A program made the translations under genes and the position numbers. From Felis catus (Eukaryota), in NCBI RefSeq assembly GCF_018350175.1, contig NC_058368.1, forward strand, positions 238,826,001 to 238,890,000: a stretch of 64,000 nucleotides of DNA. Direction: 5' to 3'. The notes under the pieces were generated by a model. That model made no database searches and was not told where the DNA came from. It saw nothing but the letters and a program-made list of their open reading frames with translations. Shown piece after piece: positions 48,770 through 61,279 of the stretch (the stretch's first letter is position 1; the number at the start of each line of letters is the position of its first letter).

Positions 48770-50130
48770 GACAAAGAAAATGCGTATTTTTAAATATTTG
48801 GCGATTAAAAAAAGGGGAGTCCTTCCAGGGAATATCGACTAACTACGCTCATTGTAACGGAAGCTACGGCAGAGTGGAGTCCTGCCTGCAGTACGGGGGC
48901 CATCAATCAGCCCAGGGCTGCCCTCCTGGCTGATGCGCCTTTTAAAGTGAAAGTGAAACAGGCTCTTCGCACAGAAGTAAGGAACGTCGGGGAGTGAAAA
49001 AGAGACCATTGTCGGAGCACTTTTAGAAAGCGACGTCCCTAGGAACAGACCTAACAAAAGGCACGCCAGACTCGTGGAGAAAACGATAAAACTTGCAGAG
49101 GGACGTCTTGAGGAGCCTGATGAGCGCGGACAGACCCAGCTCGCGGCGTGCGTGCCAGGCCTCCCAGAGAGGCCAGTGCAGGACGCCAGCTCGAAACCCT
49201 GCGTCTGAGATGTGTGTGGAACTGCAAAGGACCAAGAACGCCAAGGAGCAGGAGAGGAGCAATTTAGGACGTCTGGCCGGGCCGCTTCCACGAAGCTTGT
49301 GAGTCAAAGACAGAGTGGGGTCTGTGCCGAAATAAGCACAGGGCCTGGCGTGGTGGCTTGCAGGGGCCGCGAGCACGTCAGTGGGCACAGGGACACTGTT
49401 TGTGGCACGGGGCGGCTGACGAGCAGGGGTGGGCAGATTGTTTCATAAACGCGGAAACATTGGGTGCCGTGTGGGAATAACACCAATGAAATCAGACCCC
49501 ACCTTGTACCGTTTACACAAATTAATTCCACGTGGACTAAAGACATAATGGGTGAAGGGACAACTATACAAACTGGAAGATGATATTTGCTACTATCTTC
49601 TTTTTTGAAGTTTATTTATTTTGGGAGAGACGGAGAGTAGGGGAGGGGCAGAGAGCCAGGGCGAGAGAGAATCCCAAGCAGGCTCAGCACTGTCAGCACA
49701 GAGCCCGACGCGGGGCTCGATCCCAGGAAACCGTGAGATTATGACCTGAGCCGAGACCCAGAGTCCGACGCTTCACAGACTGAGCCCCCCCGCCGCCGCC
49801 GGGCACCCCTGGTACTGTCCTTATGTCCTCATGGTGACCGAGGGTCCTTAAGCAAGGTTTTCTTAAAGGCACTGTCCCTAAAGGAAGATACACAGAAATT
49901 AGATCACACCCAGATACAAAGGGAGGCTGTCAAAAATTGGGAAAATATTTGTGACACATAGGTGACAAAGAATTGGTGTCCAGGACACAAAGTACTGTGA
50001 CACCAGCAGGAAAAACATAGCCACATGATGGCTGGGCACTTCGGGGAACAGGGAACCCAGAAGACCCACAAACAAGTGCGTACCTTCTGCCATCCTCCGG
50101 GAAATGTGACTGAAAACCACATGTGGTGGG
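48770..50130 (+). mobile_element. Old, GC-shifted LINE-1 ORF2 remnant
   Basis: ccttgtaccgtttacacaaattaattcc...ggactaaagacataa...aactatacaaact...ttgggaaaatatttgtgacacata. Confidence 0.65.
49598..49809 (-). mobile_element. Can-SINE/SINEC
   Basis: tttatttatttt tail, agagcccgacgcggggctcga, head gggcacccc. Confidence 0.9.
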
Positions 50131-51508
50131 GTGCGGTCCCTGTCACATGAGCAGGTGTGAGTCTGCCATCACTGAGGAGTGGCACGGGTGGGCCTGGGAC
50201 GCGCACGCGGCTGGTGGGCTGGGCCAGTGCCGCGCCCACAACTGGTGGACAAGGCCGTCGGCACCGCCAGTGTGGGTCGGGAAATGCCTGCCCGCTGCAC
50301 CAGGAGCCATGAGCATTGCTGCTGGGTCCGAGGAGATGCCCAGTACGGGGACCCCAGCACGGGGGAGGGGTGGAGGAGGGTTCCCGCTGACCCGCTGAGC
50401 AGGGCTGTGTGTGCAGACACAGATGTTCTGTGCAGAAGCGGCCGCCCTCCTGGCAAGAGGTCAGGACGGACGGCACCAGGAACCTGTCCTTGGCCTTCCC
50501 GGCAGAGGGCCGGTTCTGCACCCGGGGCCAAGGACTGGGCGCGCCCTCTGCTCACCGCCCTCAGGTGCTCATGGCACTTTCTTTTGCTCTGCAGGAGCCA
50601 AGGAGCCCACACTGGCCAAATGGGCGTCCACACACCCGTGTCCTTAGAGATCCGGGCTCGGGAGGCGGCCCTGGAGAAACTCAGGCTCCCGCACCTGCTG
50701 CCCTCCAGCAGCCAGCATGTGCTGCACCTGGATGTCCCCTTGCGGAGGCAGCAGGTCCAGGGCACGGAGCCTGCCACTGTCACCACCACCAGGAAGCCGG
50801 CGGATGGGCAGGTGTGCAATCTCCAGCACATCTAGCTCCCAGGAGACAGCAGAGGTGGCTTGGGGCCAGGCGTCGCCATCCAGCCAGGAAGCAGAGGGCC
50901 CGCTCGATGCTTAGGGAGAGACCAGGGTCAACCTGGATATCTCTGTCAGCACGACTCGTGTCCGCGCTGCCACGGAAGCCCCTGAGTCCAGGGCAGGCGC
51001 TCACCCCGACTCCCACGATGCCTGCCTGGCCTGAGGCCGGTAGGGGCTCCCGCTGTGTTCGTGGTGCAGTGCAGCCCTCGCCTCTACGCAGGCACCGGTG
51101 GCAGCCGATGGCCCGGCTTCCTCCAAGCGGAGTGCTGGGTCCGCGTCCAGAGTCCAGGAAAGAAGGGAGCCTGTGCACACCCTGACTTGCGCTATTTCCC
51201 GAACACGTCCCCATCGTGCTCCAAGATTCAGGACAGACTTGGTGTGCTGTTTTCACTTGTGTTACTTAGGAATGTTGACAACTGTTATGACCCTAAGTAG
51301 CCTTTAGGGAAGTTCTTCAGAATTTCTTAGACAGTTATACGAAATAATAAAAAATAATTTCATTGGCAATAAGCTTGAAATCAGTCTTGGTAAACTTTAA
51401 ATTCTTGGGTTTCAAGTGGCCTTTTCGAAGCCCCTCCTGCCCCCACCCAGCCTGAGTCCTGGCCAGAGTGAGGACGAGGGGTGTGATACAGAGGAGGAGA
51501 TTCTGGCC

Positions 51509-51576
51509 TTTTTTTTTTTTTTTAAGTTTATTTATTTTGAAAGAGAAAGACAGTGAGCAAGGGAGGGGCAGAGAGA

Positions 51577-51621
<45 letters not shown>

Positions 51622-51748
51622 CCAAGCAGGCCCCATGCCACCAGCACAGAGCCTGATATGGGTCTTGAACTCACAAACAGTGAGATCATGACCTGAGCCA
51701 AAACCAAGAGTCAGATGCTTAACCCACTGAGCCCCCCCCAGGAGCCCC
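51509..51748 (-). mobile_element. Can-SINE/SINEC with expanded (GA)n
   Basis: Poly-T tail, (GA)n ~51579-51619, gagatcatgacctgagcc, head caggagcccc. Confidence 0.92.
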
Positions 51749-52179
51749 AGGGCTTCTGGCTTTATGGTGAACTTTTCACCACAAGATAATTACTGCTCTC
51801 ATGAAAATGTAATTTCATTGCATCCTGGATTCATACAAAGTGAGAAAATCCCCCCAAAACTGGAGAACAAAAGTGAGCTGATAGGTAGGTGGTCCAGGAC
51901 CAGGGGCTCCTTTGAAACCAGGCCTTGATCCAGAAGCCAGGAACAGAGCTGGGGGCAAGGGTCCAGGATGAATCCAGTCTCAGGCAGAAATAAACTGAGC
52001 CAAGTTAAGAAGCTAGATTTTCAGAGCTTAAGATCAGTCCAGATAAGCTCACAACCAAAGATCACAAACCATCACGCACGAGAGAGCCAAGAAACAGTAA
52101 AAGAGAATTCAGACCCCCAGAAACCTCAAGGACTAGAAATACAGGATATTAAGGAGGATGCACAGAATCTTTTAATGTT

Positions 52180-52400
52180 GGGGCGCGTGGGTGGCTCAGT
52201 CGGTTGGGCGACTGACTGCAGCTCAGGTCACCATCTCACAGCTCGTGAGTTGGAGCCCCGCGTCGGGCTCTGTGCTGACAGCTGGGAGCCTGGAGCCTGC
52301 TTCCGATTCCGTGTCTCCCTCTCTCTCTGCCCCTCCCCTATTCATGCTCTGTCTCTCTCTGTCTCAAAAATAAATAAACATAAAAAAATTTTTTTTTAAA
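52180..52400 (+). mobile_element. Felid SINE (SINEC_Fc-like)
   Basis: GGGGCGCGTGGGTGGCTCAGTCGGTT head, gagccccgcgtcgggctctgtgctgacag, A tail. Confidence 0.92.
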
Positions 52401-53130
52401 GGCTGAAAAGAATTTTTAGACATAAAAAATGTACTTGTTAAAAACTTGGATAAATTAAACACCAGATTAAACATAGCCAAAGAGAGAGTTCTTGAACTGG
52501 AAAGTAATCTGAAGAAGTGGCCAGAATGTGGATGCAGCCGTGAGGGCCACGTGGAGGGAGGGCTGGCGGGCGCGGAGGGCAGGTGGGCCTCAGACGCGTC
52601 CACAAAGCCCTCGAGAAGGGACTTATTGTAGTGGCCGGGTCGCCCAGGACTCACAAAACACGTGCCGGCGGCTTCTTGTCCAGCCAGCTGCACAGGTGAG
52701 GAGATCTACACCTCGACCTCCCGTACGGAAGCACGGGGCACCGGAGACACTCTGACCTCAAGAACAGCCGGAGGAAAGGTCACCGACAGAGGAAGAGCAG
52801 ACGGACAGCAGACCTTCTGGCTGTAAGGACAGAGGGAGGAAATAACTTCCACAAAGCGTGACAGAAAATAGCTGTCGACCTGGAGTCACATACCCAGAAG
52901 TGCTACGCGGAGGAAAAGGTAGAACCACGTTTGTAGATGACAGAGCACTGTGCTTCCGACCACCAAACCCACGGTGCTGTGACTGGAGAAGGCAGAAAGG
53001 AGAGAAGTGTGCGAAGCAAACATGGACAGGAGCCACGGGAACAGGTGCGACATTCACCCTGACCCTCTCGTGCTTCCTGTCGGCTCACCAGGTTCACACA
53101 GTAAAGACACAGATTTGGACGACACAAGTA
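52401..53130 (+). mobile_element. Old LINE-1 ORF1 remnant; a second, antisense L1 piece follows to ~53960
   Basis: LDKLNTRLNIAKERVLELE resembles the L1 ORF1p coiled coil. Confidence 0.65.
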
Positions 53131-54894
53131 ACGAGCCTGATTCGCGGGACGGCTGCGGACCCCGGGCTCACTTGTTGGGAGGTGTGTGTTCTCCCGGGGC
53201 CCGTGGACCTTTTCTAGAAACGGAGCTTGGGCTGCCCTGCCTCACCTCAGCGCACTTACCACCCAGGGACCCTCGGCGTGCCGCCCCTTTGTTCCGCTGC
53301 CCCTTCACACTGTGCCGGTCTCCCGGCTGTTCCTGCCCCTTCCTGCTCACTGCCAGCAGCGTTTCCCTCGTGGTCCTTTTGGTTGGGGAGCATCCAGCCT
53401 CTTGCGTCTGTGGGTTATAGTTTACGTCGAACTTGGAAACATTTTGGCCGTTATTTTTCTAACACCTTTTCTGCACCCTTGTCCCAAGCATTCTCTCTGC
53501 TTTTGGGGGGACCCCGATTAAGCACACAGTAGGCTGCCTGAAGCTGTCCCACAGATCACGGACGATCCGGGTTTTCTAATTCTCTTCTTCCTGTTTCACT
53601 TCGGGTAGCTTCTGTTGCTACAGTTGTTCCGTGTCTAACCTGCCATTGGCCCGTCCAGGGTATTTTCCATGTCACACGCTGTAGTTTTTCGGTCCTGCTA
53701 ATTCAGTCTGTGGTGCTGCTGTGACCCCCACGTCTCAACTTAACTTTCAGGCCCTGTGGAATGCGGTTAGCTGTGCTAATACCTGGGTCGGCCCCAGATG
53801 ACTGGTCTTGTCACATGGCTCCGACTTTCCTGCTGGTCTGCGCCCCTGGTAGTGCTATGTGGAATCATTATGTTCACCTTATGGGGTGCTGAATGTTTCT
53901 GTATTTTTATGAATATTCTCGAAATTCATTCCGAGATGCAGTTAAAGAGTTTGATCTTTGTGCCTTGGGTGGGGCTAATGGTCCCCCACTAAGTTGTCTC
54001 CTTCCCCTGTTGCCTCAGTCGGCACCCCACGGATGCTGAGTCTTGAGCTCGGCCTCCGCACTCGCTGCACACGCCGGCCGGACCCAGCTGCATTCTCACG
54101 GGGCTCCTGCGGGGCTCTGGGTCCGTCTACTTTGGTACTCCGTCTTTGAGTTCGGCCACCCTGCACGGCGCTTGGACGCTATACCCAGGCGCTTGCTGGG
54201 GACCCTGCCGCTCAGGGGTCCTGTGCTCTGCTGCCTTTGCTCCATGTAAGAGAGAGCACACCTAATTCCTGTGACTCCGCCTCATCTGGACGCGAAAACC
54301 TGTTCTGTAACAATGGGACAGACGGTACGTGCTGCTGCACAAAGGCCCATTTTCCTCTGCAAAAGCAGAAAACGCACTCACGGAAGCAGAGTCTGCTGGA
54401 CCTTAAAAGGCTCAGCTGCTGTGTCCCTGGGAGGTGGAGAGGCGCTGGGATGAACCCCATCCCAGAACTCTTGAGGGGAGCACTGTGTCAGAGCGGAGGG
54501 CATGGCTGCGCTAGCCAGGAGGTGCGCACGCGGTCCTGTGCACGGAAGGCCGCAGAGGAACGCTGGCTTAGATTAACTGGGGGCAGATCTGGACCGTACT
54601 AAGGGACAGATTTTGTTACCACGTGGAGGCTTCCTGGGAGGCTGTGGCACCTCTCTGTCCCACGGCTGCCTTCTGACAGGTTTTCATGCACATGTGGGAG
54701 CAGCTCCTTGAAGGGCTTGGGTCTCAGTGGTGGCAGATTGTTTCTGTTTTCATCACCCGATAACTTGGTGATGCACCGCGTCCTCCCAGAGGGGCAGCCA
54801 GAGAGCCACCTCGTTCACACGCCTCCTCTGGTGCACACTCCAGGCCCAGTTTTAGGATTGCAAGGATAAATTCATAAGCTAAAAAAGCAAGTTT

Positions 54895-55113
54895 GGGGCT
54901 CCCTGGGTGGCTCAGTCGGTTGAGCATCCAACTGTTAATTTTGGCTCAGGTCATGATGTCACAATTCACGAGATCGAGCCCCGTGTCGGGCTCTGCGCTG
55001 ACAGTGCGGGGCCTGCTTGGGCTTCTCTGTCTCCACCCCCCTGTCTCTCTGCCCCTTCCCACCTTTCTCTCTCTCTCTCAAAATAAATAAGTTTGCATTT
55101 AAAAATAAAGATG
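54895..55113 (+). mobile_element. Can-SINE/SINEC with TSD
   Basis: GGGGCTCCCTGGGTGGCTCAGTCGGTTGAG head; TSD aaaaagcaagttt at 54882-54894 and 55114-55126. Confidence 0.92.
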
Positions 55114-55200
55114 AAAAAGCAAGTTTCTGAAGTAAGCATCACACGCACGGGCTGTGGGCGCCAGCCCTGCCCTATGCCTCTGTGTGTCCTCTCTGAGTCC

Positions 55201-55376
55201 CAAGACTTGCCTGGCAGCAGGACTGCAGTCAGGGCTGTGTGTGCCGAGGACCCCGAGGGGGACCCTGAGCTCTGTTCAATACTCCGTTGTTGCCATCCTG
55301 GGGGTGCTACCGATTTTTGCACAAGGGGCCCCCAGTTTGAATTCTGACCAGGCCCCGTATGTATAGCTGGTCCTGA
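55201..55376. mobile_element. MER45A-like hAT-Tip100 MITE
   Basis: tttttgcacaaggggcccc...ggccccg...tatagctggtcctg colinear with recalled MER45A. Confidence 0.55.
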
Positions 55377-56699
55377 CAGTGATGCTGTCTCCACCCTCCA
55401 GAAGCAGGGCGCCAGCCCGCCTGGAATGTGGGGGCAGGACCTCCGCGGGCCCTGACTCTGCCCATCTGGCCCTGAGGGCTTCCCCAGCGCCCTGCCCTGA
55501 GGGTGTCCCCATCTCCCGAGGCCTTGCCTCTCCTTCCCAGGGAAAATGCTCCTTGAATATTTATGCTCCTTGAATATTTATGCTCCTGAAACCTGGTGCC
55601 CACCTCCGTTGGCAGATTACCCTGTGTCTATGTCAGAGCTCTAACAGGTCTTGCAAAATGGATTCAACCATCACCTTTGGCTGATACGACAGTGGGAACA
55701 TAGTGTGCAATGTTTTTCTTTCTTCCTCTTGCATCGTTAGTAGTGATGTCCAGGAGAAAGCAGTGCTGAGGCCTGAGTGGCATGCGGCGAAGATGCTGTC
55801 CAGCTCCGACTGGAACCAACAGAACCCTGAGTCTCAATGAACAGACCTCTAGACGGTCGCCCATCTTCCACCAGTTTGAAGCAGAAGTAGAAACTAGAGG
55901 GTTGACAGGAGGCATGTGGAACCCAGGACCTCTGTGGGGCTGGGGTGGGGCTGAGCCCCTAGGGCTGCCTGTCCCTGGCTCCCGAAATGTCAGGAAAAGC
56001 ACGTCCTCCCCACCGTGGTCTAGTGGACTGCGGCAGAGCCTGCACCACCGCCCCCTCTCTGGTTTGTGAGCTGCCTTTGCAGGCTCTGAGCAGGCCGGAA
56101 TCTCTGAGGTGAGCCCCAAAGCGGCATCCCACCTGCAGAGTCTAGCACTTGTGATTCATGGGGCTCTGAGAGCAGGGCAGAGTCTGGAGGGGGTGTATGT
56201 GTGTGTGTGTGTGGGGGGGGGTCTCTGCAGCTGAGAGAGTTAAGGACAGAGGCTGGGTGGGGGCGGGGGTCTGGTGCCAGATGGACCAAGGACAGAGACT
56301 GGGTGGGCATGTGGGTGGGGGTTCTGTAGCCAGGAGGGGAGGGCAGAACCTGGGGTAGTGGTTCCTTGGCGAGGTCCAAGGGAGCCACAGCAATGAAACT
56401 GGAAGAAGGGTCACACCCCGTCCCCCGACCGGCCTGCTCCACTGGAGGGTGTCCTGCAGGACAGACAGGGAGGCCCTTGCACCCCAAGCCCCAGCACTAA
56501 GCAAGTGGGGCCAGCCTGGAGGGGAAGGGCAGCGGGCCTCACCCAGAAAAGAGGAGACATTGGAAGATTTCCGGATCTGCGTGCGCAGGTAGGCAGGACG
56601 GGCCCACCTCGAGCGCAGGAAGAACAGGGTCTCCAGGCTGCGCTGGGGATGCAGCCGCTGCTTGTCCCTGGGAGGGCGGCTCCGGCTGCACTGGGGCCC

Positions 56700-57780
56700 A
56701 GCACAGCCTGACCGCACCCAGGCGCGGCTGCACGTTCCAGCTGCTCCCAATCTCCCGGACGAGGCCCATTCCCCGCCGGCCCTCCCTGCGGCCCCTCCGT
56801 GAGGTCCCAGCCCGCACCCCCGACCCCGACCCCACTCCACATTGGGCCTCCTCGTCGGCCCCAGTCTCCGCGGAGAGGGCAGGGCCCCGCCGTCCCCCCG
56901 CCCCTCCCCGCAGGCCCGTCCGCTCGCGTGCTGTCGGCCGCGGGGATGCGGGCGGGCCTCCCGAGGTCCCGGAGGGCCAGGTGCGGCCGCCCCTAGCCCA
57001 CCGCCCCCGGCTCGCCTCCCCTGCGGGGTTCCCACGCCCCTGCGCCGCGCCGGCCTTGTAAGGCAGAGCCGCGCCGCCGCCGGCCTCCGTGCGCCCCGCG
57101 CGCTCCCCGGGCCGGGAGGGGCCGGGGGTGTGGCAGGGCCGGGGGCGGGCCAATGAGCGCGCGGGGCGGGGTGGACCGGGGGCGGGCCAATGAGCGCGCG
57201 GGGCGGGGCGGGCCAATGAGCGCGCGGGGCGGGGCGGACCGGGGGCGGGCCGTCGGGGCGCGCGGGGCGGGGCTGGCGGGCCCGGGGCGGCGGGGGCGCG
57301 GGCGCTCGCCGGACACCCGGTCGCGCGCGGCCGAGTCGCGGAGGCGCCCGCTGCAGTGGCCGCATCTCCGAGGTAAGCGTCCGCAGAGCTCGGTCCGGGG
57401 CGCTGGACGCAGGACCACCCACCCCGCCCGGGCCCGCCGCGCCTGCCACCTGCGCCCGCCGCGCCTCCTCCTGGCTGCGGCCCCCTGCGTCCGTGCGCCC
57501 CCATCCCCGGCCCTGGGCTGCCTGGCGGTCGGTGCTGCGCGCTGAGGCCCCCGGGGGCTGCGTCGGGGGCGTGGGTCCGGGGGCTCGAGGGGCGCGGGCG
57601 GGGGCGACCCCGCTGCAAGGGACAGGTGGTTGGTGCGTGGGCCCCGGATGAGGCGCTGGGCCTGTCTGGGCGGCAGCGCTTCACGCGACGAAGCCGCCCC
57701 CCCCCCTCCCGGCAGCCCCTTTCCCCGCCGCCGCCTCCCCACGTCCCGCTACGCGGACGCCCAGACCTGGGGTGGCAAGA
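56700..57780 (+). promoter_or_regulatory. CpG-island promoter with three CCAAT boxes and many GC boxes (probably TPPP)
   Basis: Very high GC/CpG; CCAAT at 57150, 57187, 57213; repeated GGGGCGGG. Confidence 0.9.
57300..57372 (+). other. TPPP: Non-coding first exon, probably TPPP; start approximate, coding exons beyond the window
   Basis: Donor GAG|gtaagc at 57373 just downstream of the CCAAT/GC array; no ATG; identity inferred only from BRD9-ZDHHC11-TPPP synteny. Confidence 0.6.
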
Positions 57781-60700
57781 CCGAAGGGGATTAGGGCGTA
57801 GAGGGTGTGAAATGAAGCCAGTGCCCTGCAGCTCCAATTCCGGGAGACCCGGGGCCACGCAGAGGGCCCAGAGTGAGCGTGGTCCCTTGGCAGAGACCGC
57901 GCCGCCCACTCGGGGTCCCAGGCCCCTCTCCGGCCGCATTTGCGTCACCATTATCACGCCAGGTGACAGTGTCAGCCGCACAGTGTGCGACTCCAGCAGC
58001 CTCCCCGGAGGGTGTCACGTTCTCTTATCGCCTGTGAGCACAGAACCCGGCAGTCAGGATGAAGAGATCGGCTGCCAGCAGGTTTGCTCACACACCTCTG
58101 GGGAGCAGTGCCCCACCTGTGCAGCAGGACCAGAGAAACCCTTTATTCTGCAGTTTCAGTTACGCAAATGCAGCCTTGAAATGAGCTGGGGAGAAAATCC
58201 ATTCCTGCCACTCTGCTCATGACTATTTCGACAGGCGTTTGGTGTCTCTGAAGATGAGACACCGTTTAGGGTAAGCTGACAGTGTGGCCATCTATCTGCG
58301 TATTTAGTGGTTACTTTACCTGGCATTTTTTGGATACCGGCAGGGTCTCGGGGACGCTGGATAAAGGGCCCAGCTCCCATGTCCCACTCTGCAGGCCTGT
58401 CCTGACTCCCCATGGCCAGCCTCTCAGGGAGGACCCAATGGAGGTGGGGGGGCGGGGGGAGCTCTGCACAATCCAGGGCAGCCCCGCACCCCTAGATGGT
58501 GATTGGTAAAGGCCAACCTGGATCCCGAGTGCCCTGGGACCACAGGGGCTTGGAGTGATGGGGAGAGAGCTTGGAACAGGCAGGAAATGGGGGTGGGGCA
58601 GCGAGACAGCCGCTTGACCGAGGCCTTAATTAAGCTGGATTCTGTGACCCCGTCTCTGGTACCAGCCACTGTTCCCGTCACATGGTCCAAATCACAGGGC
58701 TCCTCGAGGGTTCTGGGGGGAGGGGTGCTGGTGAATTTGTCTGCAAGTTGCCTGCGGTAGGAGGGTATGTGCATTCTCCTGGGGGAAGGGTCTGCCGCTT
58801 TCCTGATTTCCAGAGGGTTCCGTGAGTCAGAAAGGTACCATAACTTAAGTGCTACATTAGAAAATCGCTCTCCGTGAGTCCGGAAGGATGAAGTGATGGA
58901 GATCATGGGAAGCTCTCTTGGCTGTATTCTTATCTCCCTGGTGCTGTTTGGCTCCTCTTCCCGAATCCTTTGAAGTCTCAGTAAATAACTGGTAAAACCG
59001 TATACGAGGTTATAAATACTCATGGTGGAAAACGTGTAAATCACGGGAGAATTTAAAGTAAATTAAATCACTCATCACTGCTTGAGGATGCAGAGAAGGC
59101 TTTTAGCAGCCAGACGGTCCTCAGGGCCGCAGAGTGCTCCCGGCAGGAGAGACTGAGAATGAAAAGCTTCCTCTGGGAGAGGCTGCGCTGCCTGGAAGCC
59201 AGGCCTATTTATAGCTGGTGATGTTGCTGGTGAGGCAGGAGGAGCGCGTCTGGGGATCTTGGGACCACGAGGCAAGGGCCCTGCTGCACCTTGAAGTGTC
59301 AGGTCCTCTGTGGGCTCAGAGTGGCTCCGGCTGGAGGGCGGTGGGGGCGGGGCGATGTGCCCCTGAGCCCACAGACCCTGGACCTGGCAGACACTCCCCT
59401 GTGTGTAAGCAGCAGCCTTGCCTCAAGGGGGTGGGGGGATGGAGCGCACCTGCACCTGGGGCTCAGACGTGGTCTCCGGCCTTTCTGGGTGGGGACGGAG
59501 CCCTGGTGTCTGCCCTCGGCAGTGCAGCGCGTCTTCGGGGGGACCCTTTGCGGCAGCGGAGAGCGCGGGGTGCGGGGTTGGCCCTGCTGGGGCCTCGGGT
59601 GAGGGTGCGGCCCTGTGGGAGCCCCAGGAGCGGCCTGTGGGGGGGCTGCCCCTCCCTCCTCCCCAGCTCTCATCTGATGTGGGGTGTCGGTCTGTTCCCA
59701 GGCTCCTTGTTCCCTGGAACTGTGCAATAGCGCAGGACGGCCGTCAGCCGGGAGGTGTAATTTAGCGTCCAAACACAGGACCTTCTTTGGTGAAGAGTCC
59801 AAAGTCTTGCACGGAGAGTAAGGCAGTGACAGTTTTCTGCCTTCCCCGCCCTCGCCCCCAGCCCTCGCTCCTCTCAGCAGCCGGACCTGCCAGCCCGTCC
59901 TGGGAGGAGCACGTCCACACCGACTTTTTCTTGTTTTTAGTCAGGTTTGTGGTGAGGAATGATGGGTTCTTACCTTTGCTGAAGCCTAGATGTTAAAACC
60001 ACCTGGAGCCTTTTCCACTCCTCCTGCTGCCTCTGTGGTGGGGCGCACCCATGTGTCCCCAGCGTGTGTCCCCGTGTGTCCCCACGTGTCCCTGCGGGTC
60101 TCCGGCATGTCCCCGGGGTGCCTGCGTCTCTGGTTCTCTTGGCATCAGTGCAGTGCCCCCGCGTGGGCTCCGTGTGACCTCCTGCCCTGAGCCACGTTTC
60201 CCCAGACCTCTCCCTGTCACACCTGTGTGATTGCATGTCTGCTGAGCACCTGCCAGGTGGCCTTTACCTGGGAAGCCCCACCGCGGTGGGGACAACACCC
60301 AGCAGCCGGCGCCCCCGGGTGACCTCGTGCGGTCCCCACATGCCCCGCTGTCTCACCTGCACGGGGCGGGGGGGGGGGGGGGGGGCGCCAGGTGAGCGGG
60401 GGGGTGGGGCGTGCGGTGCAGGTGTGGGTCTGGGCCCAGAACCGACGTTAAGTCAGGTTAAGTCAGGTGCTCCTCGAGTGTGCCTGCGGCCCTGCGTCAC
60501 AAGCGGTCAGTAGAAAGCCCGCCCACACCCTCCTTCTCCATCCAGGTGTCCGCGCTTCGTGCGCTCACTGACCCTCGACCCCGCTCCAGTCATTTAATGC
60601 CGTAGGACAGACTGTCCCCAAACCAGGGCTTTAAGACAGTGACCCCGTTTGCTTTTGCTCATGACTCTGCCAGCCAGCAGGGCTTGGCACGGACAGTGGT

Positions 60701-61279
60701 CCCCATCCCCGGACCTCGGCTAGGGGTCTGCTGGCCAGACAGGACCACCCGAGGCCGCCCTGCTTAGTTGAGTCTGGGTTGAGTGACTGGCACGAGGCTC
60801 CCCTGTCTCTGTGTGGGGTCTCTCCAGAACGTTTGCCTGTCCCTCGAGGGAACAGGGGAGCCTGGTTCTTTGTCGCGTGGCTGTGTCCCACGGTCCAGCC
60901 AGCTGGGGAAGTGCCCCTGGCTTGAGGGGCGGGAGCTGGTGGATGGGAGACGCTCTAGGGTGGCCCCTCTTCTCGGTGCTTCGGAGGACCAGTTGTGGCA
61001 GCCCCTGGGGCCCCTGGCCCTGTGCCCCTCGGCCTTCGACGGCCCCCGGCCTGCTCCCTCGGGACTCGCTGCACCCTTTCCGTGGCAGCAGGTCGCACGT
61101 CTGTGGGTGGACGGCCCCCCCTCGGCCGCGCCGCCCGCTGCGCCCCGGTTCTGATTCCTGCCGCTTGGTCAGCTGTCCCCCGCGTCCTCGGGGTCTGAGG
61201 CTCCGTTCTCCTGACACCCTGCAGGCCCTGCCCCACTGGGCCTTCCAGCCCGGCAGGGGCCCCTGCCTGCTTCTCTGGA

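Noticed and set aside
48190..48809. Possible terminal ZDHHC11 exon (acceptor at 48189, ATTAAA at 48804)
   Set aside because: Plausible but no homology support, and the hexamer lies in L1-derived sequence
56142..57981. Long ORFs of 435, 480 and 249 aa on the minus strand
   Set aside because: Pro/Arg/Gly/Ala-rich products of stop-poor CpG-island DNA; open in several frames; no recognisable domain
58424..59044. 206-aa minus-strand ORF
   Set aside because: No recognisable domain; overlaps probable decayed repeats in the first intron of the downstream gene
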